The notes below the pieces were generated by a model that saw only the letters and a list, made by a program, of their open reading frames with translations, was not told where the DNA came from and made no database searches. A program made the translations under genes and the position numbers. From positions 1,647 through 65,646 of the forward strand of contig JADFIA010000004.1 of assembly GCA_022566895.1 (NCBI GenBank): a stretch of 64,000 bases of DNA, written 5' to 3'. The stretch is from Pseudomonadota bacterium (GTDB taxonomy: Bacteria > Pseudomonadota > Alphaproteobacteria > Sphingomonadales > SMXR01). This document shows, one piece after another, positions 1 through 8,902 of this stretch; positions within the stretch are counted from its first letter, which is position 1; every line of letters starts with the position of its first letter.

Positions 1-1
1 A

Positions 2-622
2 TCCAATACCTATAACAATGCGTTGGTCATGCGGAAGGTCCAGTGCCAGGAGATCGGGCATACCTTCGGCCTTGACCACGTCAAGAGGGACAATTCCTGC
101 ATGTACTCGAGCGCCGCCTTTGTCGGCAGCACTTATACGCCCAACGGCCATGACGGAAGTATGGTCAATAAGATCACCGATGGCCATGGCGGTTCCGAGC
201 CAACGGACGACGGCGGCGGAGGCGGGGATCCCTGCGCCAAGAAGAACCCGCCTAAGAAGTGTGGCGCTGCCGGCGTGTTCCGCGGCAAGGCGAACTGGGC
301 CGAAGGCTATGGTAGCCGCGGCGAAATGTACGAGGCGGCGGACCTGGTGGTCAGCGTCAGCGTACTGAACGGCTCGCTGTTTAATCGCATGGTCGGTGCA
401 CCGGGTCGTGCGCTGCCGGTCAGCCAGGCGGTGCTGCAGATCCGGGCGACCTTCAAGGGCAAGGCCAAGGGTGTGATACGGGTTGAGCATACTCGCGGCC
501 TCGGCCTCGAGATCGTGGACGATCCCGCTTATGTCAACGGCGACAATTATCTCTTGTACCTGCGGCAGATCGGCCCCAATACCTTCCGCGTGCTCAATCC
601 GCAAGGACGCATTCCCCAATAG
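2..622 (+). CDS. metzincin-like zinc metalloprotease, C-terminal part (5' end outside window)
   Basis: Frame is open from the window edge. QEIGHTFGLDH (nt 47-79) fits HExxHxxGxxH except Gln at the first His. A CMY Met-turn-like triplet lies 8 aa later, followed by a Gly-rich linker and a C-terminal domain. Confidence 0.55.
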   Translation, partial: SNTYNNALVMRKVQCQEIGHTFGLDHVKRDNSCMYSSAAFVGSTYTPNGHDGSMVNKITDGHGGSEPTDDGGGGGDPCAKKNPPKKCGAAGVFRGKANWAEGYGSRGEMYEAADLVVSVSVLNGSLFNRMVGAPGRALPVSQAVLQIRATFKGKAKGVIRVEHTRGLGLEIVDDPAYVNGDNYLLYLRQIGPNTFRVLNPQGRIPQ

Positions 623-670
623 GGTTTCGTCGGCTCGGCCTGTGCGGTCTCTGTTTTGGAGCAACATCTC

Positions 671-688
671 AGGCCAACAGCTTGGCCT
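671..688. terminator. short hairpin between convergent genes
   Basis: AGGCCAA-cagc-TTGGCCT, a 7-bp stem followed by TTGG. The T-tail is weak. Confidence 0.3.
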
Positions 689-731
689 TTGGATCAACGC
701 CAATCAAGAGCAGAACTGCAGATATTGCCGC

Positions 732-1879
732 CTAGTTGGCCATCACAAAGCTGATCAGATTGCGCACGCCATGGGTCTCGATGGGCTCTCCGTTTCGGAT
801 CGCCGGCGCATAACGAAAAGATTTGAGGGCTTCGAGAGCTGCATGCTCGATGTCTTTTCCCCCTTCAGATTCCAAAACCCTGATGTTGGTCACCCTCCCC
901 CGGGTCGTGACCGTAAACTCGACCAGGACGAACCCTTCGCGGCGCAGCACACGGGCCGATCTTGGATAAACCGGCGCTAGTCTGTATAGCGGCTTATAGC
1001 CGTCAACGCCTTCCCCCGGCCGCAGAAGCGAAACAGCCAGGACATGTGCATCGGCTTGGCTGCTTTTCCCGCGCTCTTCGTAAAGTGCGATGAGAAACCC
1101 ATGGGCCAGCAATTGCAATTCATGGCCCGGCGGCGAGGTTTCCTCAAACAAGCGGATCGCGTCGAGAAAATGTTCCTCGGCCGCCTTATATTTTTGCTCC
1201 TGCAGGCGCGATTTCCCCAGCCAGAAGGCCGCGAGCCCGGTTTTGTACGCGGGACGATCGTAAAGGCGTTGGTAGGTCTCGTAAGCGGCCGTCAGGTGCC
1301 GGATCGCACGCCTTCGGTTGCGCGGAAAATTGGATAAGACCAACGTCTTGCCGAGCAATTGGCTGATCTCGGCATAAAGAAGATTATTCTGGCCCCGGGT
1401 CTTTTCGACGATCCGTAAAATGCGCTTCAGATGAGGAACCCCTTGTCGTTTTGTACCGCGCCTCCCCTGTGGGCCTCAGCCAGCGCCCAAAGAGGGTCTA
1501 TAAGGCTCTCGTGGGTCTTGCCGTTCAGCTTCTCCAGTCGCTTGATGCCGGCGCGCAGGGGCCCAACGGCGTCCTCGAAACGCCTCGCACCAACCAGGGC
1601 CATGCCGTAATTGACATAGAGCGCCGCCATCGACGGGCTGTCGTCGGCGAGGATGCCTGATCCAAGATCCAGCGCTTCACCCGCCGCCGCTGCGGCAGCT
1701 TCGGCGTCCTTGTCCTCGATCGCCTGTTGGTAGCGCCCATAGGCGGCCTGAAACTCGGCTTTGGCGCCCGGCTCTGTTGCTCCAAGCGCATCGGACTGGC
1801 CCAACCCGATCAGCGCCAATAGGACGAGGCCCGCCATCCAGTAGAATATTAGATATCCTGGTTTCGATTGAATTTTCAT
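732..1879 (-). pseudogene. exported TPR + TonB C-terminal domain protein, split by a 1-nt frameshift
   Basis: ORF 1427-1879 aligns to the N-terminal 150 aa of the intact neighbour 1893-3029. ORF 732-1358 (frame open up to about 1440) aligns to its C-terminal 230 aa. The frames meet at the C4 run 1439-1442. Confidence 0.7.
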
Positions 1880-1892
1880 TTTCGGACGCGGC

Positions 1893-3029
1893 CTATTTGG
1901 CCATTATGTAGCTGATGAGATTGCGCACGCCTTGGGTCTCGACGAATTTTCCGTCCTTCATCGCTGGCGCATATCGGAAGTATTTCACCGCTTTGACCGC
2001 GTTCCGCGCAAAAGCTTTAGGGCGAGAGCCGCCTGACTCTACGACTTCAATATCCTCGACCCTGCCGCTGGTCGTAACTGTGAACTCTACGAGGACGTAT
2101 CCTTCAGCGCTTTCGCGGGCGGCAACTAAAGGGTATTTTGGCATCTTCTTATACAGAGGCCTGTAGCCGTCAACGCCATCCTGCGGCCGTAAAAGAGAAA
2201 CGGCCCGGCACTGCGCGTCGGCTTTATCGCTATTCCCGCGATCTACATATAAAGCGATGAGATAGCCATGAGTTCTGAATTGTATTTCATGGCCCGGCTT
2301 GGTCTCTTTGATCAAGTGAAGCGCATCAAGAAAATGTTCCTCGGCGGCATCATGTTTGCCTCTCTCCATTGCCGACTTGCCCAGAATAAAAGCTGCCAGC
2401 CCGGTCTCGAAGGCCGGGCCGCCATTAATGCGCTGATAGGTATCGTAGGCCTCCTGAAGGTAGCGAGGCGCCCTCTTTTTCATCCTGAATGAAGAGTAAA
2501 ACGCCTCACCCAGAGATAAGTTAGCTTCCGCGTAAAGAACATCTGCCTTGCCCCAAGTCATTGTCACAATTTGCAGAACCCGCTCCAAATAAATGATCGT
2601 GTTATCGGTTTTGCGCTCATCGCCTCGATAGGCTATGGCCAAAGCCTTTAGTGGGTCGATCAGACTTTTGTGATGCTTGCCGTTTAGCTTCTCGAGCCAC
2701 TCTATGCCCTTGTGAAGGGACCTTGTTGCCGCCCAGTATTCCCCCGCCAGGATGTGAGCCATGCCGTAATTGATATAAATCTCGGCCATCCGCGCATCGT
2801 CATGGCGAGCGAATCTCTTGCCCAGTTGCAGCGATTCCTCCGCCGCCGCCAGAGCCGCCTTGGCATCCTTGTCCTCGAAAGCCTGTTTGTAGCGTTCGAC
2901 AGCGGCCCGTAGTTCAGGATTGCTTGCAGGGTCTTCCAGCTCTGCCGCATCGGACTGGCCCAACCCGGCCACGGCCAGCAGGGCCGCGGCCGTGAAGCCT
3001 ATAAGTCGTCGATGCAGTGATCGCCTCAT
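1893..3029 (-). CDS. exported TPR-repeat protein with TonB C-terminal domain
   Basis: Signal peptide MRRSLHRRLIGFTAAALLAVAGLGQSDA. TPR-like helical repeats. C-terminus YPLVAARESAEGYVLVEFTVTTSGRVEDIEVVES...AVKAVKYFRYAPAMKDGKFV is typical of TonB_C. No Pro-rich spacer or N-terminal anchor as in a true TonB. Confidence 0.7.
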   Translation of the reverse strand: MRRSLHRRLIGFTAAALLAVAGLGQSDAAELEDPASNPELRAAVERYKQAFEDKDAKAALAAAEESLQLGKRFARHDDARMAEIYINYGMAHILAGEYWAATRSLHKGIEWLEKLNGKHHKSLIDPLKALAIAYRGDERKTDNTIIYLERVLQIVTMTWGKADVLYAEANLSLGEAFYSSFRMKKRAPRYLQEAYDTYQRINGGPAFETGLAAFILGKSAMERGKHDAAEEHFLDALHLIKETKPGHEIQFRTHGYLIALYVDRGNSDKADAQCRAVSLLRPQDGVDGYRPLYKKMPKYPLVAARESAEGYVLVEFTVTTSGRVEDIEVVESGGSRPKAFARNAVKAVKYFRYAPAMKDGKFVETQGVRNLISYIMAK

Positions 3030-3128
3030 TTACCATCCCCCAATTATGCCACCTTGAATTGCTGAACCTATCATAGCACTCGATAAATTTAAAAGCCTCT
3101 TCTCCGCCGTTTTTTTCAAGGCCCGCAA

Positions 3129-3629
3129 TCAAGCAAACAATTTGACCTCCGGCTGGTCGTCGGCAAGGCGGATCGTTCGCTCGAACCTCAGGCCGAGCTT
3201 CTCGAGCAGCCGGATCGCGGCTTGGTTGTCGGATGCCGTGACGGCCACGATGCGTTTCAGGTCGAAGTCCGCCTTGCCGTGAGCGAGAACGGCCTTGGTG
3301 GATTCATAGGCATAGCCCTGACCCCAGAATTGGGGCAGAAAAGCGAAGCCGAGATCCACATCTTCAAGCGTCTCACGCCTTAAGAGCCCGCACATGCCGA
3401 TCGGCTTAAGATCATCCTTAAGTTCGACCATATAGAGTCCGAAGCCCTGCTCGGCGTAGCTTCGGCCCGGCCCTTGGCGGATATATTTGCGCGCCTCCTC
3501 GATTGTCCCGACGCCGCGGTCGCCGATGAAATGCAAAAACGACGGCTGGTTCAGCAACTCGAGGATAAACGGAGCGTCGCCAGGCTCGAGCCAGCGCAAG
3601 GTCAGACGGTCGGTCTCGAGTACTCTCAC
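3129..3629 (-). CDS. GNAT family N-acetyltransferase (RimJ/RimL-like)
   Basis: N-terminus LETDRLTLRWLEPGDAPFI and the core FAFLPQFWGQGYAYESTKAVL are typical of the GNAT fold. Confidence 0.75.
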   Translation of the reverse strand: MRVLETDRLTLRWLEPGDAPFILELLNQPSFLHFIGDRGVGTIEEARKYIRQGPGRSYAEQGFGLYMVELKDDLKPIGMCGLLRRETLEDVDLGFAFLPQFWGQGYAYESTKAVLAHGKADFDLKRIVAVTASDNQAAIRLLEKLGLRFERTIRLADDQPEVKLFA

Positions 3630-3656
3630 GGCAGACCCTTTCGCGGCGAAGCTGCC

Positions 3657-4217
3657 CTAGCGCACCAGCTTCAGCTTGGCCGCCTGATGGTAGTAGATGC
3701 GTTTGAGGCTGACCGTGCCGTCGGGCATCGGATCCAGCTTGTCGGTCATCACCTGGCGCACGACCAGAAGGATCGTGCCCTCGATGTTCGGCAGGCGCAC
3801 CTTTGTGCGGATCATTTCGTGGCGGCCGCGCGGCGGCACGTCTATCCGGTGCAAGAGATTGTGATGCGGGATCGGCCGCTCGGGCCCGGCAATCGAATAG
3901 GCGGGCCCCATATCGGCGCCTGTGAGATCCTCGGTATAGAGAAAGACAATCTCGCCCGGATGATAGACGTAAACCTCGATTTCCACTTCGAGAAGCGCCC
4001 CCGCCTTGACCGTGGTCGCAGGTGCGGCAATGACGTCCAGCCCGGGTGCCCCGAAGGGCGCCACCTTAAGGGCCCGCATACTCATCGCCCGGCCGCTCAT
4101 CAGCGGCTCGGGGCTTAGAAGATCGATATGAGCCAGGGCAGGCAGCGCGGGGCCCGCGAGCAGGATCGCCAGGGCGAGCGCCAGTCCTGCGGCCAAGGGT
4201 TTTGAATTCGACTTCAC
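3657..4217 (-). CDS. exported protein of unknown function with predicted N-terminal His after signal cleavage
   Basis: Signal peptide ...LLAGPALPALA|HIDLLSPEP. Sequence is beta-rich. No recognisable catalytic motif. Confidence 0.55.
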   Translation of the reverse strand: MKSNSKPLAAGLALALAILLAGPALPALAHIDLLSPEPLMSGRAMSMRALKVAPFGAPGLDVIAAPATTVKAGALLEVEIEVYVYHPGEIVFLYTEDLTGADMGPAYSIAGPERPIPHHNLLHRIDVPPRGRHEMIRTKVRLPNIEGTILLVVRQVMTDKLDPMPDGTVSLKRIYYHQAAKLKLVR

Positions 4218-4245
4218 TTTTATGACTCCTTATTTGATCAGAATA

Positions 4246-4719
4246 TCAGGCGATCAGAACACCCAGATAAAGGCCGAGGCCAAAGACCGTATGGGTCATC
4301 AGGTTTTTTGCCCTGACCGCCCAGGGGGCCTCGGCGTTCCTGGCCGCGACACCGAGGCCCATGCCCGGCTGCATTAAGAACCAGGGCGCCGCCAGGGTCG
4401 CCAACCCGAACAGTATCGCCGAGAGAAGGCCCGGCTCCCGGTCGAGAAAATCCCGCATCAAGATAAGATAGATGGCCGCATAGATGACCCCGGTTCCGTA
4501 ATGCACGATCCAGCCGGTCGCCGCCTCATAACGGAAAGGCTCAGCCTCGCCGATCGCCCGGTGATAAAGCCGGCCGCGGGTAAAATGCGAGACCCAGCGC
4601 CCGAGATGCGCCCAATTCCCGCTCGGCACCCCGAACAAGAGCTTGAGCGCTAGCTGCCACAGGTCGAGCACTACGATGGCGATCACCCCGACGATGATCA
4701 TTTCGGCTAAAGCGTCCAC
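4246..4719 (-). CDS. DUF2938-type integral membrane protein
   Basis: 157 aa with 4-5 hydrophobic helices. The pattern LGRWVSHF...GWIVHYGTGVIYA resembles DUF2938. Confidence 0.6.
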   Translation of the reverse strand: MDALAEMIIVGVIAIVVLDLWQLALKLLFGVPSGNWAHLGRWVSHFTRGRLYHRAIGEAEPFRYEAATGWIVHYGTGVIYAAIYLILMRDFLDREPGLLSAILFGLATLAAPWFLMQPGMGLGVAARNAEAPWAVRAKNLMTHTVFGLGLYLGVLIA

Positions 4720-4888
4720 GGACCATCCTGCGACTTGCCGGCAACCGCGGCATGCGAGCCGGCTTCCAAGTTCTTCATTGTCCGCTTTTCGCCCGCCCGG
4801 TCAAGGCACCGGCATGAACCGCTCCCCTAAAAACAGGGAAGGGCGTTTTGACTTATCATTCCGTTGACCTAAAGGATCTTGTGTATTA

Positions 4889-4903
4889 GAACAAAACAAG
4901 AAC
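4889..4903 (+). promoter_or_regulatory. candidate alphaproteobacterial LexA (SOS) box GAAC-N7-GAAC
   Basis: GAACaaaacaaGAAC lies about 96 nt upstream of the VOC gene ATG. It overlaps a possible promoter (TTGACC 4864-4869, 17-nt spacer, TAGAAC 4887-4892). Confidence 0.35.
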
Positions 4904-4998
4904 AATATTCAAAACCGAGTCAAAACGCCGAGGTTCCATGCCTTTCCTCTGCCCACCCCTTGGCTTATGATCGAAGATCGAACAAGAGGAGACTATCG

Positions 4999-5385
4999 AT
5001 GATTGGGTATGTAACCTTGGGTACCAACGATTTGGAAAAAGCCGCGGCCTTCTACGACGCCCTGCTGGGCGAACTGGGCGCCAGCCGCATGATGGAGGCC
5101 GAGACTTTCATCGCCTGGGGCACCGGCCCCGGATCGCCGGCGGTCTCGGTGATCAAGCCCCAAGACGGCAATCCGGCCACCGTCGGCAACGGCGTGATGG
5201 TGGCGCTGGCCGTCGATTCGACCGAAAAGGTCGATCAGATCCACGCCAAGGCTTTGGAGTTGGGGGCGGCCGACGAAGGGGCGCCCGGCGAGCGCGGCCC
5301 GGGCTTTTACGCCGCCTATTTCCGTGACCTGGACGGCAATAAACTAAACGCCTTCCACTACGGCACTGCGTCTAGTGAAGACTAG
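4999..5385 (+). CDS. VOC (glyoxalase/bleomycin-resistance/dioxygenase) family protein
   Basis: Internal ATG at 4999 is preceded by AAGAGGAG. MIGYVTLGTNDLEKAAAFYDALLG...AYFRDLDGNKLNAF is typical of VOC proteins. Confidence 0.8.
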   Translation: MIGYVTLGTNDLEKAAAFYDALLGELGASRMMEAETFIAWGTGPGSPAVSVIKPQDGNPATVGNGVMVALAVDSTEKVDQIHAKALELGAADEGAPGERGPGFYAAYFRDLDGNKLNAFHYGTASSED

Positions 5386-5419
5386 AAGCGCCCCCCGGAA
5401 TCATTAGGCCGCTTGCGGT

Positions 5420-6244
5420 CTAGTCGATTGACTGGCTCTGGATGACCCGGTGCGGATAGGGAATCTCGATGCTCTCGCGGTCGAAGGCTTCTTTGATGGC
5501 CCGCGTCAGGCCCCATTTGAGGCCCCAGTAATCGCCGCTCTTGCACCACACGCGGATCAGAAGATCGACCGAGCTGTCGCCGAGGTTGGCGACCTCGACA
5601 ACCGGTTCGGGGTCGGCGAGGCTGCGCGCGTCGGCGGCAATGGTCTCGCGCACCACCCGGATCGCCTTTTCGATATCGTCGCCGTAGCCGATGCCGATCG
5701 TAAGATCGAACCGGCGGGTCGGATTGTGGCTGTAGTTTGTGATCACCGAACCCCAGATCGCACCGTTGGGCACAATGATATGGACATTATCGCCGGTATC
5801 GAGATGGGTCGTAAACAATGAGATCGATTTCACGGTGCCGGCCGAGCCCCCGGCATCGACGTACTGCCCGACCTTGAAAGGCCGGAAAAGCAGAAGCATG
5901 ACCCCGGCTGCGACGTTCGAGAGCGTACCCTGCAGAGCCAGGCCAACCGCCAGGGCGGAAGCGCCGAAAAGCGCCACCAGGCTGGTCGTCTCGACCCCGA
6001 ACTGATCGAGCACCGCCAGTACAGTAAAGATGATGACCAGGTATCTGACCATGCTGGCCAGAAAGAGGACAATTATCTCGTCGATACGGCCGGTCTTGCG
6101 CAGCCCGCGCTGGGTAAACCGTTTGGCCAGGCCGGCAAACCAGAAACCGAGGATAAGGATGACCATCGCGCCAAGGACAGAAAATCCATAAGTGGTTAAG
6201 ATTTCGATAGCCTGTTCGTAATATTTCCCGACATCCTCCGGCAT
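5420..6244 (-). CDS. mechanosensitive ion channel (MscS family)
   Basis: Three N-terminal TM helices, then the MscS beta-domain motifs LALQGTLSNVAAGVMLLLFRPFKVGQYV. Start is placed at MPEDV after AAGGAG. Confidence 0.8.
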   Translation of the reverse strand: MPEDVGKYYEQAIEILTTYGFSVLGAMVILILGFWFAGLAKRFTQRGLRKTGRIDEIIVLFLASMVRYLVIIFTVLAVLDQFGVETTSLVALFGASALAVGLALQGTLSNVAAGVMLLLFRPFKVGQYVDAGGSAGTVKSISLFTTHLDTGDNVHIIVPNGAIWGSVITNYSHNPTRRFDLTIGIGYGDDIEKAIRVVRETIAADARSLADPEPVVEVANLGDSSVDLLIRVWCKSGDYWGLKWGLTRAIKEAFDRESIEIPYPHRVIQSQSID

Positions 6245-6436
6245 TTTCCGCTCCTTATCCTGTGAAATTGTCCGGCAGTATGACGCAAGTTCGAACCCAA
6301 ACCCAAGCGATAATTGATTGAAATCAAGGTCGGCTCCGGCCAACTGCGGTTCGGCGCTGGCCGACATCGCCTTGAAGCCGCGAGCCGCCCCCGGTATGCT
6401 GCCAGCGGATCAAACCGCACGAGGAACCCAACCCCG

Positions 6437-8104
6437 ATGATGAAAAGACACGCCAGTATTCACGCCGTCCTTTTGCTCGCCGTGGCCTTTGCCGCCGGAC
6501 CGGCCGCAGCCTGCGAGCCACGACCTAAGCCCTACGACATCGACCAACAGAGGGCCAAGATCGTCCGCATTCCGATGCCCGTGGACAGCTCGTTCCTGAA
6601 CCAGGAGGAAAGGGCGGTGATCAACAAGCTGATCGCCGCGGCGGATTTGATGTCCGAGATCTACCTGCGCCAGGTCAGCCAGGACAACCCGAGGCTCAGG
6701 GCCGAGATCGCGGCCAGCCAGCGGCCGGATAAGGACAAGCTCCTCGACATGTTCGATCTCCACTTCGGGGTCTGGGACAGCCTTGCCCAGGGGCATCCTT
6801 TTTACGGCGACGAGCGGCGCTCGGCCGGGGCCGGCTTTTACCCCAAGGACATCACCAAGGTCGAATTTGAAAACTGGATCCGCGATCACCCTAAGGACGA
6901 GCAGGACTTTAAAAGTCTCTATACTGTGATCCGGCGCGACGGCGACAAACTCAAGGCCATCCCCTATTCGCTGCATTACCGCGAATGGCTCGAGCCGGCG
7001 GCAAAGCTTTTGAACGAAGCCGCAGACATTACCTCCAACAAGAGCCTGAAGGCGTTTTTACATCTGAGGGCCTACGCTTTTTATACCGACGACTATTATG
7101 AATCCGAACTGGCCTGGATGGATCTGGAGGGCACGCCGATCGAAGTGGTGATCGGCCCTTATGAGGTCTATACGGACCGGCTTTACGGCTATAAGGCGGC
7201 CTTCGAGGCCTTCATTACACTGCGCAACCCGGAGGAAAGCGCCGCCGTGGCCCGCTACAAGAAATATTTGCGCGACATGGAAGCCCACCTGCCGGTCGAC
7301 GAGAGTTACAAGAATTTCCGGCGCGGCTTTGCATCGCCGATCGCGGTCACCGACCAGTTGCACGGCGGCGGTGATAATGTGCCCGGCGTCCAGACCATCG
7401 CCTTCAATCTGCCCAACGACGAGCGGGTGCGCGAGGCCAAGGGGGCCAAAAAGGTGCTCCTGAAAAACGTCATCGAGGCCAAATTCAGGCTCATCCTCGG
7501 GCCGATGGCCGAGCATATCCTGGTGTCCGATCAGGCGCCGCTTTTGATCGAAAAATATATGTCCCTGGGGACCCTGTTCCATGAGCTGTCGCACAGCCTC
7601 GGGCCCGGGACGATCGAAAAAGACGGCGAGGAGACCACCGTCGGGGCCGAGCTGAAGGAGCTTTATTCGCCCCTCGAGGAAGGCAAGGCGGACATGTTGG
7701 GGGTCTATAACCTCCTCTTTATGATGGAAAAGGGCGAGCTGCCGGCGGCCGAAAAGGAGAACCTGCTGGCGACCTATTTCGTCGGCCTGTTTCGGTCCAT
7801 GCGCTTTGGCATCGACGAGGCGCACGGGCACGGGGCGGCCCTTCAGTACAGCTATCTCAAAGCCAAGCGCGCCTTTCTGGTCGACGCCGAGACGGCACAT
7901 TTCCGGATCGATTTCAAGGCCATGGAAAAGGCGCTGGAAGAGATGGTCCGCGATATGATCATGGTCCAGGGGGACGGCGATTACGCCAAGGCCAAGGCCT
8001 TCCTTGAGCGCTGGGGACATATCGACGATTGGGCGCGGACCGCGATCGAGCGGCTTTCGGACATCCCGGTCGACATTCAGCCGAGCTATCCGCCCAAGGT
8101 CTGA
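6437..8104 (+). CDS. lipoprotein, M49 (DPP III)-like zinc peptidase/hydrolase
   Basis: Signal/lipobox MMKRHASIHAVLLLAVAFAAGPAAAC. Zinc motif FHELSHSLG with downstream EEGKADMLG. Confidence 0.5.
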   Translation: MMKRHASIHAVLLLAVAFAAGPAAACEPRPKPYDIDQQRAKIVRIPMPVDSSFLNQEERAVINKLIAAADLMSEIYLRQVSQDNPRLRAEIAASQRPDKDKLLDMFDLHFGVWDSLAQGHPFYGDERRSAGAGFYPKDITKVEFENWIRDHPKDEQDFKSLYTVIRRDGDKLKAIPYSLHYREWLEPAAKLLNEAADITSNKSLKAFLHLRAYAFYTDDYYESELAWMDLEGTPIEVVIGPYEVYTDRLYGYKAAFEAFITLRNPEESAAVARYKKYLRDMEAHLPVDESYKNFRRGFASPIAVTDQLHGGGDNVPGVQTIAFNLPNDERVREAKGAKKVLLKNVIEAKFRLILGPMAEHILVSDQAPLLIEKYMSLGTLFHELSHSLGPGTIEKDGEETTVGAELKELYSPLEEGKADMLGVYNLLFMMEKGELPAAEKENLLATYFVGLFRSMRFGIDEAHGHGAALQYSYLKAKRAFLVDAETAHFRIDFKAMEKALEEMVRDMIMVQGDGDYAKAKAFLERWGHIDDWARTAIERLSDIPVDIQPSYPPKV

Positions 8105-8136
8105 GCCCCGATTTTGAAAATTCAAGGGAGGGGAAA

Positions 8137-8902
8137 ATGGGAACCTCGATGAGATACCCGGTCGTCTTTGCGCTGATGGCGATCGCCATTACATCGACCA
8201 TGGACGCCACCGGCTATACCGATTTCAGCGCCCTGATACTGGCGCCGCTGATGGCGGTTTTCTGGTTTCTCGAGAAGTTCTCGAAGGATCAGATCGGCCT
8301 CAAGCTCGGCCGGCCCGGCGATTATGGCTTGGCGGTCCTCTATCCGCTGGTGGTGGTCGGGGCCGCCGTGGCGATTGCGGCGATGGCCGGAGAAGTTCAG
8401 GTAGCGGACATCGATTGGCCGAAAGCGGCAAAGAATATGGCTCTGATCGCTGTCTCGACTGTGATCGGCGTGATGATCACCGAAGAGGGGTTTTTCCGTG
8501 GCGCGCTGTGGGCGTCTTTTAAGAAGGGCGGCTTGAGCAACACGCAGGTGCTGCTGTGGTCGAGCGTCGCCTTCGGACTTTGGCACCTCTCCTGGGTCAC
8601 CCTGGCCGGGGGATATGAATTGGCGCCGGCCTTCATCCCCATCTTTATCCTCAACGCAACGTTATTGGGCGCCGTCTGGGGGGCCCTGCGGATGCTCGGG
8701 TTCGGTCGTTGTGACGAGCCTCAGCCACGGGGTCTGGAACGGTATTGTCTACGTGTTCTTTGGCGCCAGCAGCACGCCGGGTGTATTGGGGATTCCAGAA
8801 GGCGCCCTCTTCGGGCCCGAGACCGGGATCGTCGGTCTGGCGCTTAATACCGCCTTTTTGCTCTATTTGCTGCGGTTGTGGAAAAAACGCGGCGCCGCCT
8901 AG
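8137..8902 (+). pseudogene. CPBP family intramembrane glutamic endopeptidase (CAAX protease-like), frameshifted
   Basis: Motif 1 EEGFFRG and motif 2 FGLWH are in frame 1. Motif 3 SLSHGVWNG is in frame 2 (ORF 8615-8902). The frames join near the GGG run at 8698-8700. Confidence 0.7.

Noticed and set aside
7058-8125. 355-aa minus-strand ORF
   Set aside because: It is fully antisense to the well-supported M49-like peptidase gene. Its composition is Arg/Gly/Pro/Leu-rich and low-complexity with no motifs. Long stop-free antisense frames are expected at this G+C.
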